The translations under genes were made by a program, and so were the position numbers. The notes below the pieces were generated by a model. It worked only from the letters and a program-made list of their open reading frames with translations, made no database searches and was not told the origin of the DNA. A stretch of 52,483 nt of DNA from Gemmatimonadota bacterium (lineage in GTDB: Bacteria > Gemmatimonadota > Gemmatimonadetes > Gemmatimonadales > Gemmatimonadaceae): contig JAZJZK010000050.1 of assembly GCA_040389905.1 (NCBI GenBank), positions 12,689 through 65,171 on the forward strand, written 5' to 3'. Of this stretch, positions 17,301-25,370 are shown piece after piece. How positions within the stretch are numbered: position 1 is the first letter of the stretch; every line of letters begins with the position of its first letter.

Positions 17301-20300
17301 GCGACGTCGGGCCAAACACTCGGTGGCACGCTCACCGCGCCTACCAACTCGAGCGGCATCGCCGTCTTTACAGATCTCTCGATCCTCGGCACCGTCGGCA
17401 CCAATCAGATGGTGTTTACGTCGGCCGGGTATACGAGTGCAACGTCGGCCACGTTCACGATTACCGCCGGCGCACCGTCGCAGCTCACCGCCGTGACGCC
17501 GCTGACTTTCTCGGGAGTTGCCGGCTCGGCGGCAGCGCCAACGCCGGCCGTCTCGCTGGCCGATGTATCCGGCAACCCGATCGCGGGCCAGACGGTCGTC
17601 TTCGCGGCAGCCAGTGCAGCGAGCGGCACCGTGACAGGCGGAAGCGCCGTCACCAACGCAAGCGGTGCGGCGAGTCCCGCCTCCTGGACTCTCGACGCGG
17701 TGGCGGGCAAGGATACGCTGCGCGCGACCTTCGGCGCGGTGAATGGAAGTCCGGTCTTGTTCGAGGCGACAACGACGAGTGGCGCCGCCACGCAGATCGT
17801 CATCGTCAGCGGCAACAATCAGACGGGAACCACGGGCCAGCCATTGGGTGCGCCATTGATCGTCGAGGCGCGGGACGCCAACGGCAACCCGGTATCCGGC
17901 ACCAACGTCACGTTTACCGTCTCGGCCGGTGGTGGCACGCCTACCTCGCAAACCACGTCCACGTCGAGTGGGCGCGCTAGCTTTACATGGACATTAGGCG
18001 GGGTCGGCAACCAATCGCTCCAGGCATGTCTCTCGACGTGCGCTGCACAGGTCACGTTCTCGGCCGTCGCCATTCCCGTCGGCGCCGACGCCATCTGGAC
18101 GGGCTCGACGAGCACCAGTTGGCAGGTCGGGGCGAACTGGAATCCCGCCGTGGTCCCCGGTAGCACGTCGAGTGTGTTCATTCCGTCGGGAACCGCCAAT
18201 GCACCCGCGCTGTCGAGTGCCGTTTCGGTCGCGAATCTCTCACTCGCGAGCGGCGCTTCGCTGAGCATCGGCGCCCAGAATCTCGACATCTCGGGCAACC
18301 TGATCGCATCCTCGGCGGCGATCACCGGCTCCGGACTCGTGCGAATGACGGGCTCCGGCAAGCAATTGGCAGGGGCTATTCCCGCGCTCACCATCGACGC
18401 CGGTGGAAGCGTCACCGCCGTTGCGACCACAACGATTTCCGGCGAACTCTATCTCGCGAACGGCACCTTCGACGCCGGCGCCGTGAGCACGACGGTGCTT
18501 GGCAACCTCACGCTGCCCACAACGTCAGGCTCGCGCCTCAGGATGACGAATGCGTCCGCGTCGGTGACCGTCACCGGCAATGCGTACTTCAACAGCGCGG
18601 ACATGGGCAACGCGGACCTGACCGCGGGTGTGCTCGAGTTACGCGGCAATTTCATCGCCGAACGAAACTACTACCAGAGTTTCCGTGCGTCTGGGTCGCA
18701 CACGACACGGTTCAACGGCACCGGCTCGCAGAGCGTGTCGGTCTACTTCACCGGCGCTGGTGAATCGCGCTTCCAGAACGTGGAAGTCAGCGGGACCGCG
18801 ACCTTGAGCGGAGGCCGGTTCCCAGTTGGCGGACTGCTCACCACCACGGCCGGTACGTCGCTTGGTGGCCTGGCCGATGCCGTTCTCTATGGCAGCGGCG
18901 CGAACTTCCCACTGATCAGCGGCGGGCCGCCCCCGGCACTGTACCTCGCATCGGGTGGAACGGTAACACTCCCGAGTGGCGCGACGACGTATCCGGGCTC
19001 GCTGATCGTCAACAGCGGTACCACGCTCGACATCGGCGGGAATTCTCTCACGATCAACGGCGCGCTCACGTACGAAACGACGAGCGGCGCGCGGTTGAAG
19101 ATGACGAATTCCGCGGCACGCTTGATCGTCAAGGGCGACGCGTACTTCAACGCCGCGGACATGGGCGATGGCGACCTCACCGCCGGCATCCTCGAGCTGC
19201 GTGGCAACTTCACCGCAGAGCGGAATTACTACCAGAGCTTCCGTGCGAGCGGAACGCACGTCACGAAGTTCGCTGGGAGTGGGCCCCAGCGCATCTCCGT
19301 CTACTACACAGGCACAGGGGAATCGCGCTTCAGGAACGTGCAGCTCACCGGGGCGACGCTGACCGGCGGGCGCATTCCGGTTGCCGGCGTTCTGACGACG
19401 GATGGTAGCTCATCACTTGCTGGCGTGGCCGACGTCGTGGTCTACGGGAGCGGCACGACCTTCCCGCTTGTCGCAGGCGCACCGCCGCCGATGATATATC
19501 TCGCTTCCGGCGGAACGATCAACGCGCCCGCCGGGTCGGTGACCTATCCGGGGAACGTCACGGTGAACTCGTCAACGACGCTCGACATTGGCGCCAACGC
19601 GCTCACGATCGATGGTTCGTTGACATACGAGACCGTCAGCGGCGCGCGATTGAAGATGACGAACGCCGCGGCTCACTTGCTCGTCAAGGGTGATGCCTAT
19701 TTCAACGCCGCGGACATGGGCGACGCCGATCTCACCGCCGGCACCCTCGAGCTCCGCGGCAACTTCACCGCAGAACGGAACTACTACCAGTCCTTCCGTG
19801 CGACGGGTGCGCATCTCACGCAGTTCACGGGCGGCGGGCGGCAGAACATCAACATCTACTATACCGGTGCCCCACACTCTCGCTTCCACAACGTGCAGGT
19901 CACGGGCACGACGTCGCTCGGCGGCGGCCGGGTCACCGTCGGCGGACTGTTGACGACCGACGCCGCGACCTCGTTGGCTGCGATTTCAGACCTCGTCGTG
20001 CTGGAGAGCGGCGCGACCTTCCCGCTGATCGCCGGCGCGCCGCCACCGATGGTCTATCTCGCCTCGGGCGGGACGATCAACGCGCCCACCGGAAGCGCGG
20101 TACTGCCCGGCCCACTCACGGTGAATGCAGGGACGACCCTCGATATCGGCGCCAACTCGCTGACGCTCAACAGTTCGCTCACGTATGAAACGGTCAGCGG
20201 CGCGCGCCTGAAGATGACGAACGCCGCCGCTCGGCTCACCGTGCTGGGCGATGCGTACTTCAATGCCGCCGACATGGGCGACGGAGACCTTACCGCTGGG

Positions 20301-21263
20301 GTGCTCGAGCTGCGCGGCAACTTCACGGCAGAGCGGAACTACTACCAGAGCTTCCGCGCTTCTGGAACGCATCTCACGAAGTTTGCAGGAAGCGGGACAC
20401 AGACCGTCTCGACGTACTATCCGGAGAAGGATCATTCCCGTTTCAACAATGTGCTGGTCACAGCAGGCGCGACCCTCGCTGGCGGGCGGTTCCCGGTGGC
20501 GGGCCTCATCACGACCGACGCGGGAACGTCGCTCGCAGGCGTCTCGGACGTGGTCGTGCACGAACCTGGCGCCACCCTCCCTCGCATGAGCGGACAGGCT
20601 CCGCCCATCGTCTATCTGGCGTCTGGCGGAACCATCTCCGCGCCTGCCGGTGCGTCGATTCTGCCGACGACGTTGAATGTCAACTCCGGTACGACGCTCG
20701 ACATCGGCGCCAACACGCTGACGATCACCGGTGGGCTCAACTACGAAACCAACAGCGGCGCGCGACTCAAGATGAATGATGCTGCCGGCCGGCTCATCGT
20801 CGAGGGAAGCGCCTTCTTCAACGCGAGCGACATGGGCGATGGCGACCTCACGGCGGGAACGCTCGAATTGCACGGTCATTTTACCGCCGAACGCAACTTC
20901 TACCAGAGCTTCCGCGCGTCGGGGACGCATCTCACGAAGTTCAACGGCGGCGCGCAACAGAATGTCTCGTTCTACTATCCGACTCTCGCGTATTCGAAAT
21001 TCCAGTTTGTCGAGTTCGTGAATTCGAGCGCGAATGGGGTGCAGGCCGCGAGCGGGATCGTGATCGGAGCAGATGCGGCGCAGAAGGGCCGGTTCGCCAC
21101 GGGCTCGCCGCTCACGGTCGGCGGTGCGCTCACACTGGGACCGACGTCCGTTACGAACGCCACCGGTGGCGTGACGGCAGGTTCGTGCAGTGCGTCGCCC
21201 GGTGCATCGTATACCGGGTTCAGTTGTGGGGTGCCGAATGCAGCGTTGAGAGGTCGGCAATAG
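14328..21263 (+). CDS. Giant surface protein B (2311 aa), paralog of 3202-11298
   Basis: Same LSAVCGDPVGP N-terminus and Ig stalk; five ~186-aa N(A/S)xDMG..ERN(Y/F)YQ repeats starting at 18591, 19149, 19704, 20262, 20820. Confidence 0.9.
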   Translation: MSRQTAATRTRAHVRLALCASLLLSAVCGDPVGPSRAPSQMGAAFSFVPELPPGASAALHAAAIDVDNVHIVIRRLDGTVVLDTVVQFPPGVNEISFQATVPVRGLSEQFSALIQLRSGAVSLFEGTQQIDARPGSNNSQNVTVTTRYSGPGATATRVTITPRSTPLSPGGTVQLTAAVTDAAGTVFSGVPLTWTSSDPTVATVSSTGLVTALNKRGSTNLVVTLLSGLSDQVSASVTLPPAVTRLISGGSQSGRAGESLAQPLVVEVDAADGVPSAGVTVNFRATAGGGSVAPASAVTDANGRASTTLTLGGQVGSQTFEATATALAPISVSATATTAPAAQIAGVSGSGQSDTTGKRLSLPFVVRVTDRFGNAVSGADVTWVRTSGSGVLESSSTTTDATGTSGVAYTLGSAAGTETIVASIAAGASTSFSATAVARPASTIRATMATSYSGRAGDPGPTLGVIVVDGIGVPVAGVPITWSATGGATLAGPSTITGSDGRTSNTATFGAQAGASTITASLNASASVQFELVSVAGPPADMVIVAGDRQTANAGSAVAIRPAVSVFDANGNPITSGAVNFDAVAGGGTVTGSPATVDGSGVATVGSWILGPAGPQALVASAGSLSVTFTATSAPVGPPKLVIATQPSPTLQNGAAFATQPQVQLTTSAGAPVNASEVPVTVALASSGQTLGGSLTAYTNSNGLAVFNGLSMLGSVGTNQLVFTASGYASATSVTVSMTAGAPSQLIALSPTSLTGTVGTAASPVPTVALKDASGNPVAGQTVAFAAASAASGSVTGGSVVTNANGTASPTSWTLDAVPGKDTLRASFASVSGSPVTFIATTSSGAATQLVVVSGNGQTGLAGQTLTSPLVVELRDALNNPVPAVSVTFTVTGGGGTPTSQNVATGADGRANFSWTLGPAGPQTLSATAGALTAQFTATSTPASPPQLAVSVQPNASQQNATPFTTNPQVQLKDNAGGIVTTAGVPVTVALATSGQTLGGTLTAPTNSSGIAVFTDLSILGTVGTNQMVFTSAGYTSATSATFTITAGAPSQLTAVTPLTFSGVAGSAAAPTPAVSLADVSGNPIAGQTVVFAAASAASGTVTGGSAVTNASGAASPASWTLDAVAGKDTLRATFGAVNGSPVLFEATTTSGAATQIVIVSGNNQTGTTGQPLGAPLIVEARDANGNPVSGTNVTFTVSAGGGTPTSQTTSTSSGRASFTWTLGGVGNQSLQACLSTCAAQVTFSAVAIPVGADAIWTGSTSTSWQVGANWNPAVVPGSTSSVFIPSGTANAPALSSAVSVANLSLASGASLSIGAQNLDISGNLIASSAAITGSGLVRMTGSGKQLAGAIPALTIDAGGSVTAVATTTISGELYLANGTFDAGAVSTTVLGNLTLPTTSGSRLRMTNASASVTVTGNAYFNSADMGNADLTAGVLELRGNFIAERNYYQSFRASGSHTTRFNGTGSQSVSVYFTGAGESRFQNVEVSGTATLSGGRFPVGGLLTTTAGTSLGGLADAVLYGSGANFPLISGGPPPALYLASGGTVTLPSGATTYPGSLIVNSGTTLDIGGNSLTINGALTYETTSGARLKMTNSAARLIVKGDAYFNAADMGDGDLTAGILELRGNFTAERNYYQSFRASGTHVTKFAGSGPQRISVYYTGTGESRFRNVQLTGATLTGGRIPVAGVLTTDGSSSLAGVADVVVYGSGTTFPLVAGAPPPMIYLASGGTINAPAGSVTYPGNVTVNSSTTLDIGANALTIDGSLTYETVSGARLKMTNAAAHLLVKGDAYFNAADMGDADLTAGTLELRGNFTAERNYYQSFRATGAHLTQFTGGGRQNINIYYTGAPHSRFHNVQVTGTTSLGGGRVTVGGLLTTDAATSLAAISDLVVLESGATFPLIAGAPPPMVYLASGGTINAPTGSAVLPGPLTVNAGTTLDIGANSLTLNSSLTYETVSGARLKMTNAAARLTVLGDAYFNAADMGDGDLTAGVLELRGNFTAERNYYQSFRASGTHLTKFAGSGTQTVSTYYPEKDHSRFNNVLVTAGATLAGGRFPVAGLITTDAGTSLAGVSDVVVHEPGATLPRMSGQAPPIVYLASGGTISAPAGASILPTTLNVNSGTTLDIGANTLTITGGLNYETNSGARLKMNDAAGRLIVEGSAFFNASDMGDGDLTAGTLELHGHFTAERNFYQSFRASGTHLTKFNGGAQQNVSFYYPTLAYSKFQFVEFVNSSANGVQAASGIVIGADAAQKGRFATGSPLTVGGALTLGPTSVTNATGGVTAGSCSASPGASYTGFSCGVPNAALRGRQ

Positions 21264-21301
21264 CCGAGGCTCTTGGGCTCTGGATGAAGGGACACCGCCG
21301 G

Positions 21302-21447
21302 TGTCATTCTTACCGCAGAGGGCGCAGAGGAGCAGAGGTACGCAGAGGAACTGCAACTGAAGGTGCGGGCCACCCCGAGCGAGCCTCCCGCCGTTCCGCT
21401 CTTCCTCTGCGTTCCTCTGCTCCTCTGCGCCCTCTGCGGTAAGATGA
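21302..21447. repeat. Long inverted repeat of the ACCGCAGAG family between convergent genes
   Basis: tcttaccgcagagggcgcagaggagcagaggtacgcagaggaa pairs with ttcctctgcgttcctctgctcctctgcgccctctgcggtaaga. Confidence 0.88.
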
Positions 21448-21498
21448 AAAGACGCTGTACCCTTTTCGAGATGCCTGTCGCGGTCGCGATGATCCGTC

Positions 21499-22815
21499 CT
21501 ATCGCCGCTTCGTCACTAACACGATCACCCGATCTGGCGAATCGGGACTCGCCGGTGGCAATATCAACGTCACTCCGGAAGCATTCTGGCTGAACTCGAC
21601 CGCCGCCCCACCAACGAGTGCAGACGCCTTCACGACCGACGCCCCGACATCCGGCAGCGCCAGCAGTCGATCGGGCCAATTGAGCACGTGCACGAACACC
21701 GTGTCACCCCGGCGCGTCGTAGCGCCCCACTCACGCGGCGTGATCGGTCCACCACGCGTCTTGTAGATGGACGTCCCGTATGTCTTGAGCCAATTTCCCA
21801 TGGCGCGAAGCCGTTCTGCGGCTTCCGGCTGGATCGTACCGTCCGGCCGAGGACCGATGTTCAGCAAAAGGTTGGAGCCGTGGCCGGCGGCGCGAACCAG
21901 GTAGCCGATCAAGTCATTGAACGACTTGAAGCGTGTGTCCGTGATGTTGAATCCCCACGCACCGTTCATGGTCAGTGATGTCTCGAGCGGAAGCGCGCCA
22001 ATCTCCTTCGTGTTGAATCCCGCGGTGTTGGCGCCCGGTAAGTCCTGCTCGAAGGTTTGCACGTCTTCTCCGGGCTTTGGCGCCTTATGATGGTTCGGCA
22101 CAATGAGCGCGCTCGGCTGCAATCGATGGATCAATGCATAGGTGCGATCGAGCCGCCAATCGGCGTCGGGCTTGTCCCACATCCCATCGAACCAGATGCC
22201 CCCGATCGGCCCGTAGTGCGTTAACAACTCCTCCAGCTGTACGTCCATGAAGTCGAGGTACCGTGTCCACTCGCCGGCCTCGGCGCGGCCGGTGCTCTTC
22301 CCCGTTCTGCCGCGTGGCCAGTAGTCTGGATGATGCCAGTCGAGCTGCGAATAGTAGAAGAACAGCTTGATCCCCTGGGCCGCGCACTCATCGGCGAGCT
22401 CCTTCATGGGGTCGCGCTTGAACGGCGTGAAGTCCACGATGTTGTATCGCGACGTCTTCGTGGCGAACATCGAAAACCCGTCGTGATGACGCGAGGTGAT
22501 CGTGATGTATCCGACGCCGGCGGTCTTCGCGAGCGAGACCCACTCGCGTGCGTTGAACTTGACTGGGTTGAACGCCGACGCGAGCCATTCGTACGTGCCC
22601 ACCGGGATGGCTTTCTGCTCCATCACCCACTCGCCCGCGGCGAGCTGGCTATAGACGCCCCAGTGCACGAACATTCCGAACTTGGCGTCGCTGTACCACT
22701 CGCGCGCCGCCAGCCGCTCGGCGGAGACCGTCTCTTGCGCGCGCGCCGGCGAGCCACCCAGCAGCACTGCGCCACAAACGGTCAGCCAGAAACTCGCCAT
22801 TCTGCGACGGAACAT
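21499..22815 (-). CDS. Alpha-L-fucosidase (GH29), exported
   Basis: AKFGMFVHWGVYS, TSRHHDGF, YYSQLDWHHPDY, GIWFDG nucleophile, NLLLNIGP; GGAGA RBS before ATG 22815 (alternative start 22827). Confidence 0.93.
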   Translation of the reverse strand: MFRRRMASFWLTVCGAVLLGGSPARAQETVSAERLAAREWYSDAKFGMFVHWGVYSQLAAGEWVMEQKAIPVGTYEWLASAFNPVKFNAREWVSLAKTAGVGYITITSRHHDGFSMFATKTSRYNIVDFTPFKRDPMKELADECAAQGIKLFFYYSQLDWHHPDYWPRGRTGKSTGRAEAGEWTRYLDFMDVQLEELLTHYGPIGGIWFDGMWDKPDADWRLDRTYALIHRLQPSALIVPNHHKAPKPGEDVQTFEQDLPGANTAGFNTKEIGALPLETSLTMNGAWGFNITDTRFKSFNDLIGYLVRAAGHGSNLLLNIGPRPDGTIQPEAAERLRAMGNWLKTYGTSIYKTRGGPITPREWGATTRRGDTVFVHVLNWPDRLLALPDVGASVVKASALVGGAAVEFSQNASGVTLILPPASPDSPDRVIVLVTKRR

Positions 22816-22856
22816 GATATTCTCCATAGTGATTTGGCTGCATCACCCGCTCGTTT

Positions 22857-22918
22857 TGTCGCCTGCCTGCCCTCGAGGAGCGCAAGCGACGAAGGGAGCG
22901 AAGCGAAGGGCCCGCACG
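22857..22918. repeat. REP-like element
   Basis: Begins tgtcgcc, ends gagcgaagcgaagggcccgcac as at 12529-12560. Confidence 0.7.
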
Positions 22919-22967
22919 TGCTGTTGCGTCGCTCTCCGCTGTTGACAACGCGCCCAATTGTACGCCG

Positions 22968-24737
22968 ATGACCTCCTACTCGTTAGACGCTAGCCGACGC
23001 GCCGTACGCGGACTCGCGCTGGCGCTCGCGCTGAGCGCCTGCGGCGACGGCGCGCCGCAGCCCACGACGACCACCACCACGCCCGTCATTCCGCCGGTCA
23101 CGCTTCCGACCGCGGCGTCGCTCACCGTGAAGGGAGGCGACTCACAGACCGGCGCCGTGAACAGCGCGCTGGCCAATACCTTGACCGTCAAGGCGCTCTC
23201 GTCGAGCAACGTTCCGGTCGCGGGCGCCGAAGTGAATTTCGTCGTGATGGCCGGCGCGGCCACCGTCGCGCCGGCAACGGCCCTGACCGACGCGAGTGGT
23301 CTGGCGTCCACCAAGGTCACATTGGGCACAACGGCCGGCCCCGTGCAGGTCAATGCCACGGTGAAGGGCACCGCGCTGACGGCGACCTTTCGCGCAACGA
23401 GCATCATTCCGGAGCCTGATTCGACGTCCACGGCAACGGTCTACAACCCCGACTGGACGGAAGCGACGCACGGAAAAGTCACCCCCAATTACGCGGCCGT
23501 GTTTCCACAGGCTGCCGTCAACACCATCGAGATCACGATGACGACGACGAATTGGGCGAGTATCCGAGCGAACATGGTCACGCTGTACGGCTACGACTTT
23601 GGCGGGCGCGCCGGTGGCGCCGGTGCCTTCCCCGAGGACGACCCCGACTACGTCGCCCTGACGATCAAGCACAACGGAAAGCTCTGGAAAAAGGTCGGTT
23701 TCCGGCTGAAGGGCAATTCGACGTTGGCCACCGCTTGGGCCTCGGGGAACTACAAGCTGCCCTTCCGTCTCAAGATGAACGAGTGGGAGGACACGTATCC
23801 CGCGATCAAGAACCAGCGCTTCTTCGGGTTCAAGGAGATGTCCTTCTCACCGGGCCGGTCGGATCCGTCGCTCATTCGTGAGAAGAGTTCGGCGGACATT
23901 CTTCGTCTCGCGGGCGTGCCATCGGCGCAAACCGCGTTCTACCGCGTGTTCATCGATTTCGGCGTCGGCCTCAAATACTGTGGCGTCTACACGATGGTGG
24001 AAGTCATCGACGACACCATGGTGAAGGACCAGTTCGGCGAGGACAAGGGCAACATCTACAAGCCGGAGTCGGCGTTGCGCGTGTTCATCGAAGGCGACTT
24101 CGAGAAGAAGAACAACAAGACGAGCGACTACTCCGACGTGCAGGCGGCGATTACGGCGCTCAACAATCCGCTGCGGCTGACCAACGCCGCGCAGTGGCGT
24201 GCGAACCTCGAGGCGGTGTTCAACGTGGACCACTTCCTCAAGTGGCTTGCGGCGAACAACGCCATCGTGAACTGGGACAGTTATGGCGCCATCGGCCACA
24301 ATTACTATCTGTACAACTCGCCCACGAAGAAGCTCATGTGGATTCCGTGGGACCACAACGAAGCGATGACGGGCAGTCCGGGGATCACGGCAACCGTCGG
24401 TGGCGCGCCGGGATCGATGGCAAATCGCGGGTTGTCGCTGAGCATGAACGAGGTGTCCGCCAGTTGGCCGCTCATTCGCTTCCTCATCGATGACGCGGTC
24501 TATGCCGCGCAGTACAAGGCGCACCTGAAAGCGTTCAACACAAACGTGCTGGTTCTCGCCAACGTCAATGCGATGTTCGACAAGTACACGGCGCTCATCG
24601 CGCCGTTCGTCGTCGGCGCGAACGGCGAGCAGCCTGGCTACACCTACACCAGCGCCGGCGCGTTCACCCAGGCGCTTCCGGACCTCAAGGCGCACATCCA
24701 GAATCGGAAGACGCTTGTTTCGACCTACGTACCCTAG
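22968..24737 (+). CDS. CotH-family kinase lipoprotein with an N-terminal Ig-like domain
   Basis: Lipobox LSAC; one Big-like module; GFRLKGNST, NWDSY..HNYYLY, WIPWDHN. Confidence 0.88.
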   Translation: MTSYSLDASRRAVRGLALALALSACGDGAPQPTTTTTTPVIPPVTLPTAASLTVKGGDSQTGAVNSALANTLTVKALSSSNVPVAGAEVNFVVMAGAATVAPATALTDASGLASTKVTLGTTAGPVQVNATVKGTALTATFRATSIIPEPDSTSTATVYNPDWTEATHGKVTPNYAAVFPQAAVNTIEITMTTTNWASIRANMVTLYGYDFGGRAGGAGAFPEDDPDYVALTIKHNGKLWKKVGFRLKGNSTLATAWASGNYKLPFRLKMNEWEDTYPAIKNQRFFGFKEMSFSPGRSDPSLIREKSSADILRLAGVPSAQTAFYRVFIDFGVGLKYCGVYTMVEVIDDTMVKDQFGEDKGNIYKPESALRVFIEGDFEKKNNKTSDYSDVQAAITALNNPLRLTNAAQWRANLEAVFNVDHFLKWLAANNAIVNWDSYGAIGHNYYLYNSPTKKLMWIPWDHNEAMTGSPGITATVGGAPGSMANRGLSLSMNEVSASWPLIRFLIDDAVYAAQYKAHLKAFNTNVLVLANVNAMFDKYTALIAPFVVGANGEQPGYTYTSAGAFTQALPDLKAHIQNRKTLVSTYVP

Positions 24738-24768
24738 TCGTGGTGCGCTATTCGCCGTTCCGCTCGTT

Positions 24769-24800
24769 TTGTCGCCCTGAGCGGAGCGAAGGGCCCGCAC
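24769..24800. repeat. REP-like element between convergent genes
   Basis: ttgtcgccctgagcggagcgaagggcccgcac abutting the stop codon at 24801. Confidence 0.75.
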
Positions 24801-25271
24801 CTACGACAGCAACTGAATCAGCGCCCGCAGCACGACGAACGTCAGCGCCGCTCCCGCTGCGGCCAGAACCAACAGCACCGCGAAAACAACAATCAGGAGC
24901 GCGCGACTACCCGCCCGCGTCGCGACTGGCGCCTCGAGATACTGCTCCAGCAGCGCCACGTTCTTGCTGTTGGACTTCCAACCGGCGTCGAAGAGATCGC
25001 CGAGCAGCGGAACGGAGCCGACGACCGTATCGATCGCGACGTTGCCGAGCATCCGTAGCACGACTGCACGCGAGGCGCCGAGTCGAATGCCGGTCAGGAC
25101 GATGTAGCCTGATAGCGCCGCACCCGCCACGTCCCCGAAGCCTGGTATCAGCCCGAGAACTGGGTCGAGTCCGATGCGGAGACTCGTCCCGGGAACTCCG
25201 ATTGCGCTGTCAAGCGCATTCGCGAGCGCGCGGACGCTGCCGAGCCGGCGGTCAGGAAGTTGCGGATTCAT
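24801..25271 (-). CDS. DUF4112 family membrane protein
   Basis: LDSAIGVPGT..IGLDPVLGLIPGFGD..RMLGNVAIDTVVGSVPLLGDLFD..KSN. Confidence 0.88.
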   Translation of the reverse strand: MNPQLPDRRLGSVRALANALDSAIGVPGTSLRIGLDPVLGLIPGFGDVAGAALSGYIVLTGIRLGASRAVVLRMLGNVAIDTVVGSVPLLGDLFDAGWKSNSKNVALLEQYLEAPVATRAGSRALLIVVFAVLLVLAAAGAALTFVVLRALIQLLS

Positions 25272-25370
25272 GCGGGTAGCCCACGCACAGAGCGGTCCAC
25301 CTTTCGTTTCTCTGGCGTCTGGTGAGAATACGACAACAATAGCGATTCATTCGACCTTGGCGGGTGCACC

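Noticed and set aside
8200..21100. Diversity-generating retroelement or shufflon acting on the adhesin repeats
   Set aside because: No reverse transcriptase or recombinase; differences are not adenine-specific and no template/variable repeat pair was seen.
6294..21356. Long antisense ORFs (6294-8507, 7894-9726, 15911-17404, 19986-21356)
   Set aside because: Shadow frames of GC-rich, codon-biased genes with no domain motifs.
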